Positions 11,909 to 22,681 of a stretch of 64,000 nt of DNA are shown here, piece by piece. How positions within the stretch are numbered: the first letter of the stretch is position 1; every line of letters begins with the position of its first letter. The stretch comes from a virus. Below the pieces are notes generated by a model. It was not told the DNA's origin. It made no database searches and was given only the letters and a program-made list of their open reading frames with translations. The stretch spans positions 1,485-65,484 of IMG/VR virus record IMGVR_UViG_3300023106_000001. One strand, written 5' to 3'. The position numbers and the translations under genes were made by a program.

Positions 11909-12115
11909 ATAAAATCTTTGTATTTCGTATTTTAAAGCTGTAAATATACAAAAATAATATCCATTCACCAAACAACTTAATTTTAGAGTAAGCCTTAATT
12001 TCGGCGCGGAAAAAGAATAAAACAGTAGAAAATAAAAAACAGGACAAAGATTTCTCCTCATTCTGTCTTAATCAAAAAAGTGTAATAATCAATTTAATTC
12101 CCGAAAAGTGGAATA

Positions 12116-13231
12116 CTAGAACGGATCTTCAGATTTCTTAGTATCAGGAACATCAAAAGCAGAAGCTAAATCAAAATTAGGAGCTACTTGCAACGGCTTC
12201 TCTACAGTGAAATCAACAGTATTGAATGATGGTAATGTATTTGTAGAAAAGCTTGGTTTATTTACTTCTTTTTTCGCCGAATTTTGACCTTCCTTAGTAA
12301 ACATTTGTTCAATAAATAAATCCTTTATATTCTTATCATCTTTAACCGATCTAGTTTTAAGATAAAAATAAAATGCTCGGCCATATGGGTCAAAACTAGC
12401 TGTATTTCCAGAACCAAATATTTTATGCTCATCTAGCCAATCATAAGAATCTTTTCCAAATACCATGAACTTCTCACGAATACCTAACTTCCAAGGAATA
12501 AGTTTAACATATAACACATCGCACAGCTTAAAGAGTTGGTCTGTTCCATAAATATCACTATCAATAGGCCTATGATGTTTAGGATTATCCATCCTCAAAA
12601 TGTAATTTTGGTTCATCTGATTCAACACAATGAAGCAAATATAAGGATGTAAGTTTTTTAAACGGTTAACTTGGTATAAAAGCGCATCCATAGAATCCTT
12701 TTGCGATCCTTTAGAAACTAAAATATTCTCCAAGTTGTCAATAGCTACAACAATTTTTTTGTCTTTGTGTTTTTCAATTTGCTCTTCTATGTCTGACGAA
12801 AATACATCAGGCGTGACTGGCTCGTTTTGGTATAAAACATTTTCTGTTCTATTATCATCACAAATCTCTTTTAATTTAGCATGACGCTCTTTGTCAGGTT
12901 TCTCAAATAATATGGTTCCAATATGTTCACCAGTTCTTTGAGAGATATCACGCAATAATAATTTAAAATGACTTAGCTCCCAATTACAGTTGATATATAA
13001 AACATCTTTTTGCGTTTTAAGAATGTGGCGTTGAATTCGCTCCATATCCCAGCTTTTTCCGTGACCACTTCGCCCGATTAATCCTAAAACAATTCCAGGA
13101 GTAAGTCCTGAAAGCAGAGATTCGTCCAAATGTTCTATACCTGTAGAAATAGGCTGTAGTTCCCCAGACTGGAATTTTCGAATTGTAGCTACTGTTTCTT
13201 CTGTTAACTCTTTTCCCGTCTTCAACGCCAT
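12116..13231 (-). CDS. dnaB: DnaB-like (SF4) replicative helicase
   Basis: ISTGIEHLD, Walker A GRSGHGKS, VAIDNL Walker B, IVLNQMN, acidic C-terminal tail. Confidence 0.8.
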   Translation of the reverse strand: MALKTGKELTEETVATIRKFQSGELQPISTGIEHLDESLLSGLTPGIVLGLIGRSGHGKSWDMERIQRHILKTQKDVLYINCNWELSHFKLLLRDISQRTGEHIGTILFEKPDKERHAKLKEICDDNRTENVLYQNEPVTPDVFSSDIEEQIEKHKDKKIVVAIDNLENILVSKGSQKDSMDALLYQVNRLKNLHPYICFIVLNQMNQNYILRMDNPKHHRPIDSDIYGTDQLFKLCDVLYVKLIPWKLGIREKFMVFGKDSYDWLDEHKIFGSGNTASFDPYGRAFYFYLKTRSVKDDKNIKDLFIEQMFTKEGQNSAKKEVNKPSFSTNTLPSFNTVDFTVEKPLQVAPNFDLASAFDVPDTKKSEDPF

Positions 13232-13234
13232 AAT

Positions 13235-13837
13235 TTATTCTTTTAATTTTAATTTCCAATAATACTCGACTTCGTTTTTTCTTAAATCGTAGAATTGGAA
13301 TAAAGGTGATTCTTCAATATTATTTTTAAACTCTTTATAACGGTTTTTATTCTTATCGAAGAAAATATTCTCAAGTTTTTTGGTAAATTTATGATGTTCT
13401 AAAAATAATTCACATAAATAATAAAACTCATGTAAGTTTAAATTAAGATGCTTTGTCATTATACTAATATAAACACCAATTAGTTTTTTATTTCCAATAA
13501 CTCTCTCTTCATCTTCATGATCTAAATACATGGTTATAAGGTAATCTCTCATCTTTAAATCACCTTCCGTTACCTCAGGAGTGCCAACATCATCCAAAAT
13601 ATCATTTCCTAATTTTGTTGTGCGGAGTTTCTGGTATAATGATTGATCTTTTTTACCTTTAATTACTTCAATATAGCCTATTTCAGACCACTTTTCTATA
13701 ATTTGAGAGTCTGATACCGAAAACTCAATTTCTGTGCTTAAATCTTCTATTCTGTTTTGCTTGATAAGTTGTAATACTCCTAGTTCATAGAGAGATAAAT
13801 ACTTTGAAGTCATTACTTCGTAATTTATATAACTCAT
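13235..13837 (-). CDS. hypothetical protein, possibly replication-associated
   Basis: 200-aa ORF immediately upstream of the helicase; role inferred from position only. Confidence 0.55.
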   Translation of the reverse strand: MSYINYEVMTSKYLSLYELGVLQLIKQNRIEDLSTEIEFSVSDSQIIEKWSEIGYIEVIKGKKDQSLYQKLRTTKLGNDILDDVGTPEVTEGDLKMRDYLITMYLDHEDEERVIGNKKLIGVYISIMTKHLNLNLHEFYYLCELFLEHHKFTKKLENIFFDKNKNRYKEFKNNIEESPLFQFYDLRKNEVEYYWKLKLKE

Positions 13838-15199
13838 ATTTACCTACATTTTATCCATTTAACTTGTTTATTCATTATCAACTGATATAAATTAATCCAA
13901 ACAGATGGCGCACTGTCCATTCCATCACTATTATCTGGCTCAGGAATATGAACACAAATATCATATATTTCAGTGTCACTTGTAGGTAAAGAAAAGAAAT
14001 AACCTTCATCTGTGAACTCTCTTCCTTTCCATTTTATTTCTAGCTCTCCGCCAGGAATTGGATCACCATCTAATTTATCCCAATCTGAATCTGGAATATC
14101 TGTGTCTAAGAATGCTTCGTGTGCTTCTACTAATTTTTGTAATTCGTAATTCATGATAAAATAACATTTATATATGGAAATTCTCTTTGACAAAGTTCTC
14201 TAATTTCCTCTGTCGTCTCGTAATGGGCACTATAAACTAAAGTTTCACCGCAAAAAACTTCTAAAAAAGGCTGGTACCAAACAACATTATCAATAATACT
14301 AAGATATTTCCAATTTTCAACATCAAGCCAATGCCCCCATTTAGAATAATACCCTTCTGGTATGCTTTTATCTCGTCCAAACAAGCCTCTTTTCTCTACT
14401 TTATCTCGCCACTCAAAACCACTATTAACAGCTGGTGTAATCTTAATATGTGTTACGTACTCTGAATTTACTCTTGTCTCTTTCATATTTATACAATAAC
14501 AAGTTCTTCTCTTAAACTTTGAAACTCTTTCTTAGTTATTTCTATTAAGTTTTCATCTTTAGGTTCGTGGCCGTCTCCCAGAAAGATAATAATTAAATCG
14601 TCAACAATTTCTACAAAAGGAAAAGTAAATCTTCTTAAATGCTCTAAATCTAAAATATCAATAACTCTATTATAATTACTTCCTTGCAATCCATTATTTA
14701 AAAACTCTTGCATTTCTCGGCCAAGCTTAGTTCTTGTATTTGGAACATAAAGTTCTGCGTGCTCTTTATGTTGTTTCCAAATCTTAGTATCAATCTTCTC
14801 CGTTTCTTTAAACTCAAATCCTTGATAAGAAGAAACTCGTCTAAAAGTTTGTTGGCCATGATTACCAAAACTATTTTCCCAAGTCATTCCTGTTTTTTCC
14901 TCAATAGCTTTGATGTTATCTTCCTCGATTTTTAATTCTTTAGTTCTTAAAGCGTGTAATTCTTTATACACTTTTGAGTCTTTATTCGTTATTTTGTAGT
15001 ACATATCAGTTTATTTCTTTTTCTTCATATATTGTTAGTGAAACTTCTAAAAAATCATTAAAGTCAATTTTTATATCTTTTGGTGAGAATGCTGCATTAA
15101 TATTAGCACCCTTCATTTTTCTTACAAACACATCATAAAATGCTTCGTTTATTTCATCGCCTAGCAAAGTGAATTTAGCTGTTACTTCTTTTTTCATAA

Positions 15200-15853
15200 T
15201 TAAAACTTTTTACCGCCATCTTTAATCCTATTCTCTAGCTTATGATCTTTACGATTTTTATTGTACAAAACCTTAGCTACCAACGCACCACCAATATCAT
15301 ATCCCCATCTTCCGGCATAATCCATAATACGAATAACAGCATCTGCTAATTCAACTTCAGCCATTGGTCTATCAGGTAAATGATCATCCATCAATCCTTT
15401 TCTTTCACCTTCCATAGCTTCTGAAATTTCACTGTGAATTAAACATAACATCTCAGCCTTGTTTCTTTCTAATAATTCTCCTGTTTCTAAGTTTGTGTGC
15501 CATCCTGCGTCGAAAGAGGCCTTATAACATAAATCTCTTAAATTATTTACATTTTCACTAGTAGATGTTTCAGACTTAATAAAGCCATACTCTTCTAATT
15601 TTTTATAAATTTTAACTGGTAAATTTTCAAATTCATTTACATTTTTAGGTATTCTGATTATTGTGTTTTGTTGTGGTGAAATTATTGCATAAGAATCATT
15701 GCTTCCCCATATACCACAATCTGTAAAATCGTATTGATATAGTGATTTATCTTCTAATAATCCTAATTCAATAGCTATTTGAAGAAGTATTGTTTTATCT
15801 CTACTTATTTCTTGTCCTAATTCACTTAATTCTCTTGTATTATTCTTCATCAT
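15200..15853 (-). CDS. MazG-like nucleotide pyrophosphohydrolase (C-terminal domain)
   Basis: LIHSEISEAMEGERK...EVELADAVIRIMD all-alpha NTP-PPase motif. Confidence 0.8.
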   Translation of the reverse strand: MMKNNTRELSELGQEISRDKTILLQIAIELGLLEDKSLYQYDFTDCGIWGSNDSYAIISPQQNTIIRIPKNVNEFENLPVKIYKKLEEYGFIKSETSTSENVNNLRDLCYKASFDAGWHTNLETGELLERNKAEMLCLIHSEISEAMEGERKGLMDDHLPDRPMAEVELADAVIRIMDYAGRWGYDIGGALVAKVLYNKNRKDHKLENRIKDGGKKF

Positions 15854-16708
15854 TTATATCTTTAAGTGATTCACTATACCATTCCCAATTATCAACTCCA
15901 CCAATTTCCAAAGCAGAGAGTATTTCATCCCGTTTTAGTAATTTTTCATACTCTGAATATTCAATTTTAACCTCGGAATCAACAACAATTAATTTCTTTT
16001 TAGACTCTAATTCTTTGATGTCTGATTTTAATTTATCGTAATCCTTAATTGCCATTTCAGTTAAAAATTTTCTGTTCTCAACAACAGCATCCATCTTATA
16101 AATTTCTGATTTGTTGTCAGACAATTGTTTTTCTTGTTGCTTAATCAAGCTCTTATTTTCGGCAACAATATCAATCAGTCCGTTAAGAACATCTTTATTT
16201 CCTTTAATTTTATCAACAAGACCTTTGTTTTCTCTCCACTCGAAAGGAACATCTTTTAAATCTTTAGCTGGAACATAAAATAATTGCTGATCTTTTATTT
16301 TATAATCCTCGATAATTCGCTCTACAACATCATAGGCTTTTGCAACTGATTCATCACAGTAACATGTTGATTTGTGACCAACCATACAAGCATCACAACC
16401 CCTGAAAGATTCTGCGATATGATCTAAATCAATATCTTGTATTTCAATATCTACGAGTATTTGATAAAAATCAGCTACTTCATGTTTTTGTAAAACTAAT
16501 ACAGGGCGATTGTTGTAATATTTAATTGTTTTTAATATATCCATAATTACTTAATTTAATTTTATTATCGTCTTTTAATTCTTCTAAAGCTATTCTTACA
16601 CTATATACAGAACAGTTTAATTGTTTTGCTATGTAATTTCTGTTTATTACTTGTTTTTCGCGCGAAAATAAATTTAAAACAGATTCTTTATTTATTTTAT
16701 TGTATTTT

Positions 16709-16945
16709 TTACTCACTTTTGTATAATACTATTCTTCGTTCTATTGATTTTTCGGTAAATTTGTCATTAACGGTGGTTATCGTTAGAGATTTTATAAAAT
16801 TAGTCTTTAGGTCTACGATGTGTTTAACTATGTTACCATTTGGCTCATATAAAAATCCATCTAGTGTAAATAGTTCAGTACATCGTTTGTCATTGACCCA
16901 GTAATCCCCGTTATCCCTATCAAATAAATAAAATGTTGTTTTCAT
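16709..16945 (-). CDS. hypothetical protein, paralog of 9240..9482
   Basis: shared blocks listed for 9240..9482. Confidence 0.7.
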   Translation of the reverse strand: MKTTFYLFDRDNGDYWVNDKRCTELFTLDGFLYEPNGNIVKHIVDLKTNFIKSLTITTVNDKFTEKSIERRIVLYKSE

Positions 16946-17521
16946 AGTTAAGTAGATTCTTTCGTTATTTTACTGTATTTATGCGCCAAATGATAATTCC
17001 TAATATGATTAATGTTACAAAAACTGTTTTAATGAAAGTGATATTTGCTTTTCGTTGTTCTTGATCTGTCATGATTTAAATGTTTCTTTATAATAAGATT
17101 CTTTTTCATATTCTCCTTGATAATGATCATCATAACCTTTATGATAGGAGGTTTCTAATTGCTCTTCTTCGGTTTCTAGAAAAGAATTGCACAGTATTAA
17201 AACATCACTAGAGCTGTTTAATTGATTTTCTAAAAATGCATTTTCCATACATTCTATTAATTGTCGAATCGCTGTCTTCATACTTAATCTTTTGTTTGTT
17301 TACAATGACCATCTAATAAAAACCATACATTTGTAATGTCTGTCCATTTTCCTATCTCTTCTAAAATAGCTGAAGGTTCACATTTCAAATATTGTAAACT
17401 GACTATGTGGCCATTTTGATAAATGATCGTATATTTTTTCATATCTATTATTTTTGTTATTGCAAACTTACAACTAATTTATTTATCTTGCAAGCTTTTT
17501 TGTAAAAACTTTATATAAAAT

Positions 17522-17550
17522 AAAAAATCCCCCGTTTTATTGGAGGATTT
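17522..17550 (-). terminator. intrinsic terminator after nrdA
   Basis: minus strand AAATCCTCC-loop-GGGGGATTT followed by T-run. Confidence 0.7.
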
Positions 17551-17558
17551 GATTGGTT

Positions 17559-19217
17559 TTAACCAGCACAACTATCGCATTCTAGTATTGATTTTCGAGT
17601 GAATGTTTGAGCAGCATTCTGATTAAGTTGGTAATATAAAGTTTTAATTCCTAACTCATGTGCTTTTAAGTAATAATCACTCACTTCTTTTGCCGAAGTA
17701 CCAAATGGAATCATTGTATTAAATGAAATACCTTGATCAATATGCTTTGTTCTTGTAGAATTTTGAATTAACAGCTCCATAGGACTTATTTCTGGAAAAG
17801 TTTTAAATACAGATTTTTCTAAAGCACTTAAAAAATCTAAATGTTGTACAGAACCGTTGTTGTTTTTGATTGTTTCCCAAACATCTTCTGTGTTTTTATC
17901 TTTTTCTGTTAATAGCTGTTCTAAAAAGAAGTTCTTTTGTGCATGTTTAGACTTAGCCAAAGCTTTAATGAAATAATTACTATAAACTGGCTCTATACTT
18001 TGCGACCATTGGCCAACAATTTCACTGCTTGAGGTATTAGGAGCAATAGCATTTAAAGTAACATGTCGTCTAGTGTATTTATTATCTTTTAATAAAGGTG
18101 CTTTACCATACTCCGAAGCCATTTTTTCAGAAGCCTTGTAAGACAGCTCTTTTAATTTACTAAATATTTCAGTATTTTTAAACTTAGCTTCCATACTTTC
18201 TAATGGAATCATATTCATTTGTAAATAAGAATGATAGCCACTTGCTCCAATTCCTACGGCCATTTGATCTTTTGCAAAATTAACAGCTCTGTGCATTAAA
18301 ACGTTACTTTCATTCTTATCTATGAAATCCAATAAAAAAGTGTCTAGTAAGTTTAATAAGACTTCTACAGCATCTGTATCTTTCCACTCATCAAAATGCA
18401 CTAAATTCATTGCCCCTATACAGCAAACAAATGTGTTTTTGTGATCATTAGATAATAGAATTTCGGAACATAAGTTGCTATTATTTACATACTTACCTAA
18501 TTCCTTATAAATATCTGGCCTTACATTGTTTACATTATCTTTGAACATTATATAAGGGAATCCTGTTTCAAACTTCTTTTTAATTATTTTTGCCCAAATC
18601 TCCCTCTTTTCCACATCTCCTTCTTTTAGCTGTTTAATCCACTCATCCCCTATTTTAACAGCAAAAGGTACTTCATGTATATCCGAAGTTTTGTCTTTAA
18701 TGGTCAAGAATTTTAAAATATCTGGGTGCTCAACATCTAGATAGGCTGCAAATTTACCTCTTCTACTTCTTTGGCTAATCCAACTTGTAGTGTCTTGAAT
18801 TCTTTTTACATATCTCATGACACCATCTGCGAAACCTCCGCCTGTTATCGGAGCACCCTCTTTTCTAATTGCCGATAAATCTCCAGAAGTTCCACCACCT
18901 ATCTTAGATAACATGCCTACTTCTGCATCAGTTAGCAGTAAACCTTCAACAGAGTCTTCCACGTAAGAGCCGAAACAGCTAATTGCACTTTCCTTTTCAT
19001 CTAAGAAATTTGTAATTCCAGGTGTTGGTAATAAAAACCATCCTCTAGATAAATAATCTAAGAATTTTTCAGAGTAACCTTCTTTATTAAGAATTTTTTC
19101 GGCTTTATCCCCTATTTTTTTGAAATGTTCTTTTTCATCTCCTTTTATATATCCGTTTTGTAAAAATAATTTACTTTGGTCGTTTAACCAATACCATTTG
19201 TCAAATTGTTTTGTCAT
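17559..19217 (-). CDS. nrdA: class I ribonucleotide reductase alpha subunit (short form, no ATP cone)
   Basis: ISCF, GGGT, SNLCSEI, VCCIG, AIAPNTSSS, KTLYY, C-terminal CDSC. Confidence 0.95.
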   Translation of the reverse strand: MTKQFDKWYWLNDQSKLFLQNGYIKGDEKEHFKKIGDKAEKILNKEGYSEKFLDYLSRGWFLLPTPGITNFLDEKESAISCFGSYVEDSVEGLLLTDAEVGMLSKIGGGTSGDLSAIRKEGAPITGGGFADGVMRYVKRIQDTTSWISQRSRRGKFAAYLDVEHPDILKFLTIKDKTSDIHEVPFAVKIGDEWIKQLKEGDVEKREIWAKIIKKKFETGFPYIMFKDNVNNVRPDIYKELGKYVNNSNLCSEILLSNDHKNTFVCCIGAMNLVHFDEWKDTDAVEVLLNLLDTFLLDFIDKNESNVLMHRAVNFAKDQMAVGIGASGYHSYLQMNMIPLESMEAKFKNTEIFSKLKELSYKASEKMASEYGKAPLLKDNKYTRRHVTLNAIAPNTSSSEIVGQWSQSIEPVYSNYFIKALAKSKHAQKNFFLEQLLTEKDKNTEDVWETIKNNNGSVQHLDFLSALEKSVFKTFPEISPMELLIQNSTRTKHIDQGISFNTMIPFGTSAKEVSDYYLKAHELGIKTLYYQLNQNAAQTFTRKSILECDSCAG

Positions 19218-19226
19218 TCTATAGTT

Positions 19227-20210
19227 TTAAAATAATGATTCTGGGGAAATGTCTTGTTGGCCAATAGTATAGTTTGGAGATTGAATATCAAAAAAATCTA
19301 CTCTTACATCTAAAACTCTTTCTTCTTCAAACCATTTTAATGAGTCTCCTAATTTAGTTGTATCTATGTCAAACATTTTTTCAATACCTATTTCTTTCAA
19401 TGCTTTATTAAATCTATCTTGAATAAATAATTCAACCTCTTCTTTTTTGAGAAAACTTAAATCTTCACCATTAAATATCCAATCTATAATCTTTAATTCT
19501 GCTTCATACGCTTTTTTACAAGCCCTTCTTATCTTATTATAAAAATCCTCATTAAACCATTCAGGATATTCCCGCTTAATTATGTTAATTAAAGCAACAC
19601 CGAACTGAAAATGAACATCTTCTTCTTTAGCGGTGGCCATAATAATATTATCAACTGTTTTTAGTTTCTGTTTCTTTTGGCAAAATGATTTAACAATATA
19701 AAATTGACTAAATAGAGAGCATGACTCAATGAAAGCACTAAATAAAAGTAAATTTAAAGCATAGTTCTCCTGTTTATTTTCAGACGCTCCTTTGATATAC
19801 TTAGTGAGGTATTCTACTCTACCTTCTATAACAGGATCTTTCAATGCTTTTGCAAACTCACTTTCTAAGCCTAGTCTGGTAAGCAGTTCGGAGTACGCTT
19901 CTTGATGTATAACTTCATTCATTGCGAAAGTATACCCAACCATATAAATTTCAGGTTTTGGTAAATTATCCCCCACTTTACCCCAGAAAGTTTTAACTGA
20001 AACTTCTATTTGAGAGATAGCTAATAGTGCTCTTTTAATAACACCTCTTTCTTTCTTAGTTAAAACATTATGATAATCACTAATATCTCTATCTAATCTT
20101 TCTTTAAACTCATCTATAAACCACATTGTGCCTCGTATGGCATTCATGTAGGATAAGAGCTCTGGATATTCGTAGGGTTTCACGGCAATCCGTTTGTCAA
20201 AAATACTCAT
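19227..20210 (-). CDS. nrdB: class I ribonucleotide reductase beta subunit
   Basis: KPYEYP, EVIHQEAYS, FIES..LFSQF, EEDVH, DFF tail; adjacent to nrdA. Confidence 0.95.
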   Translation of the reverse strand: MSIFDKRIAVKPYEYPELLSYMNAIRGTMWFIDEFKERLDRDISDYHNVLTKKERGVIKRALLAISQIEVSVKTFWGKVGDNLPKPEIYMVGYTFAMNEVIHQEAYSELLTRLGLESEFAKALKDPVIEGRVEYLTKYIKGASENKQENYALNLLLFSAFIESCSLFSQFYIVKSFCQKKQKLKTVDNIIMATAKEEDVHFQFGVALINIIKREYPEWFNEDFYNKIRRACKKAYEAELKIIDWIFNGEDLSFLKKEEVELFIQDRFNKALKEIGIEKMFDIDTTKLGDSLKWFEEERVLDVRVDFFDIQSPNYTIGQQDISPESLF

Positions 20211-21705
20211 TTATTTATAATTTTTAAATTTCGGCGAATAAAAAAGACAGCAGAAAACTATCCACTGTCTTGAATGCAAATATAAGAATATAATACTACT
20301 TATACAAACTACTTAATTTTAATCAAACTGTTTAAATTCTCTGTCTAAACGCTCTAAAAGTTTAGTATTATAATCTACTTTTGCGATTAACTCTTCTAAT
20401 GTTTTTGATTCATTTTGAGTTTTATCTACGAAATAGGTTAATGCCTGACAAATTCTCGTAAAATAAAGTTTTCCTTCATATAAATACTCTTCTGTCTTAC
20501 CTGACTTTACTTTTTTACCGTTCTTTGTTTCTAATTTTTCTCGCTCTCTTATTTCATGGAAAGTTAAAATTATTCCATTATCTCCGTCACTTGTCAAATG
20601 ATGACTTGAATCTAAACTAATCGTACTTTGTTTTTCAAATGTTTTATTCATCTTTCTTTTTCTCTAAATTAATACCTTGAATTTCATCATCTCCCCAATC
20701 TTCTGAATGTTGACCGAAATAGTAAGATAACTCATACCCGTCCCTTTCCCATTCTACCTCAAAATAAAAAATTGTGAATTTTGATCCTTCTCTAAAATAG
20801 CCATCTTCTTCTCTTGAAATTTCTTTCCAACCGTCTTCGTCCTCATTTTCTAAGCTAAAACAGTATTTTTCTAATTCAGAGGATGATAATTTAATAATGT
20901 CTTCTATTTTCATTTTATTTGTTTTTAAGTTTATAAATATCCGAACGCAATTGCGCAATCTTCCCCAATATCACATAAATTACCTTCCTCTTCATCATAT
21001 TCCCAATCATCCTCATATTCATGATCTGGTTGTTCATAATACTTGGCTACTTTTTCTTCTAAAGCGTACCACTTATCATTTACTTTTTGAAGTTTATTTA
21101 ACAAATCTACTATTTCAACTGTAGATAATACAACTCCGTCTTTTAAAATTAATCCACCATCTCTCGTGTACATATCTTATTGTTTTAAAATTTCTAATCT
21201 TTTTTCGGCCAATTCTCTATCAAAGAAAGGCATTTGTCCCATGTATCCATGATCATCATCTATTTCATATGCGCCTATTGTGCAGGAAGAAACAGTAAAA
21301 CCGAAAATTTTAATTTCTTTCTTAATCCAATAAGAAGTAGGACAGCCCTTATCATAAGGAGGTTTTTCTATTAATGTATACATTGTCATAACTTTTCTGT
21401 ATAAGATGATACTGATTTAAAAAATGAATTCTCATTTAAACCTTTTTGATAAGTTAACCCATCCAATGTAACTTTAAATCCCATATCAAATAAACTCATA
21501 GTTTTTATAACCCCCTTTAATTTATCTGCATTATCACTAACTGCTACTGAATTCATAGCTGATTGAATTGCTTTTGCAATATTTTTGACTATTTCGTCAA
21601 CTCCATTACATCTAGGGTCAATGAAAGGACTGACACTTAAAGCAGTTTGATATTCTGTTTCTGAAACATCTTTAAAATCCATATTTGTTATCTTTAGTTA
21701 AAATT

Positions 21706-21810
21706 AAGGAGTTGCGACCTCCTTTAAGCCCTTTAGATTATCCTACAGTAAATATGGCTGTCCATTACTGCTTCGCTTCAGGTGTCTAACCGAGACATCG
21801 GCTCTAAAGC
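21706..21810 (-). ncRNA. candidate structured RNA (multi-stem junction plus hairpin)
   Basis: CTTTAGA/TCTAAAG closing stem containing TGTCT/AGACA and CAGTAA/TTACTG; separate AAGGAG/CTCCTT hairpin. Confidence 0.45.
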
Positions 21811-21816
21811 TATTCG

Positions 21817-21899
21817 TGGAGGATTGGGGAGTCGAACCCGTTGTAAGTACCCGCTAAGGCTTTTCTCCAAATATTTACCATTACAATACGCAATCCCCC
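21817..21899 (-). ncRNA. tRNA-like RNA with 9-bp acceptor / 3-bp T stem, G3:U70 and A73; no convincing anticodon arm
   Basis: 5' GGGGGATTG pairs with 3' CAATCCTCC-A; T arm GGG-TTCGACT-CCC; D-loop-like TGGTA; own promoter at 21948. Confidence 0.6.
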
Positions 21900-21947
21900 C
21901 TTACCATTAATTTCGCGGAAAAAGAATTAAAAACAGCTTTTCCTCTG

Positions 21948-21955
21948 CAAACTTA
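21948..21955 (-). promoter_or_regulatory. Bacteroidota-type -7 promoter element (TAAGTTTG)
   Basis: matches TAnnTTTG upstream of the tRNA-like element. Confidence 0.65.
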
Positions 21956-21970
21956 CAACTATTATTTTAA

Positions 21971-22681
21971 TTAACCAAAATATTTCAAATAAACTTTATA
22001 ATCCTCCGAAATTTGTCCAGCTACTTTTCTGATATTTTCTAAAACCTTTTCTGCCCTCTCTTTAGAATATGGTGTTGGTATATAAATAACTTCCCCTGAT
22101 AATCTGATTCTATAGTTACCAGTACCTTCAAAAGACAGACCTTTTCTACCCAAACCACAAACAGAAGAATTTAAAATGTTATGTCCAGATTGTTCTCTGT
22201 CATAACAGTATAAAGTTGTCTGACCATATTCTTCAGAAGCATAAAAATCTTTCTTTTTCTCGATATTTAAAGTTTTATAATCTAATATTTCTACTCCATC
22301 TTCTCTATACCAAGATCTATCTATATACCCCTCACATACGAAATCTCCAAAATCCACACATATCTCATCTTCATAAACACAATTATCAGGATAATCTATT
22401 TTGTCCCTTAGAATGGCTAAATCACTATCTAAAAGAGGTGTTTCGTATTCTTTTCCTAAAGCATTATGTTCAATCTTAGTTCCGCAGTATCCCCCAAAAT
22501 CACTGAAAACATTTCCTCCTAAATTAACACCTGAAAAATATTGCACATAATAGTCATTTTGATACTCTGGATCTTTATAAGATGTATATTGACTATAAGA
22601 TATTTTGTACTTTCCTTTATGTTGAGGATACTTATTATTTCTGTCTTCGTATTTTTTAGGTAAAATTATTTCTTTACTCAT
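21971..22681 (-). CDS. PD-(D/E)XK nuclease (RecB/Cas4-like phage exonuclease)
   Basis: ISYSQY, GYIDR, ILDYKT, Q...Y motifs. Confidence 0.8.
   Translation of the reverse strand: MSKEIILPKKYEDRNNKYPQHKGKYKISYSQYTSYKDPEYQNDYYVQYFSGVNLGGNVFSDFGGYCGTKIEHNALGKEYETPLLDSDLAILRDKIDYPDNCVYEDEICVDFGDFVCEGYIDRSWYREDGVEILDYKTLNIEKKKDFYASEEYGQTTLYCYDREQSGHNILNSSVCGLGRKGLSFEGTGNYRIRLSGEVIYIPTPYSKERAEKVLENIRKVAGQISEDYKVYLKYFG

Noticed and set aside
11808-12047. 79-aa minus ORF (likewise 59622..59867 and 42056..42256)
   Set aside because: Non-ATG starts, atypical composition, and overlap with promoters or RNA hairpins.
17559-20210. Introns or inteins in nrdA/nrdB (also checked polA and helicase)
   Set aside because: ORFs are continuous and of compact length, with no intein motifs.
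21706-21899. Full tmRNA or a theta ribozyme
   Set aside because: Too short for tmRNA, no tag reading frame found, and the HDV-like nested pseudoknot could not be fitted by eye.
21971-22681. CRISPR-Cas locus (Cas4-like nuclease)
   Set aside because: No repeat-spacer array or other cas genes seen; stand-alone PD-(D/E)XK nucleases are common in phages.
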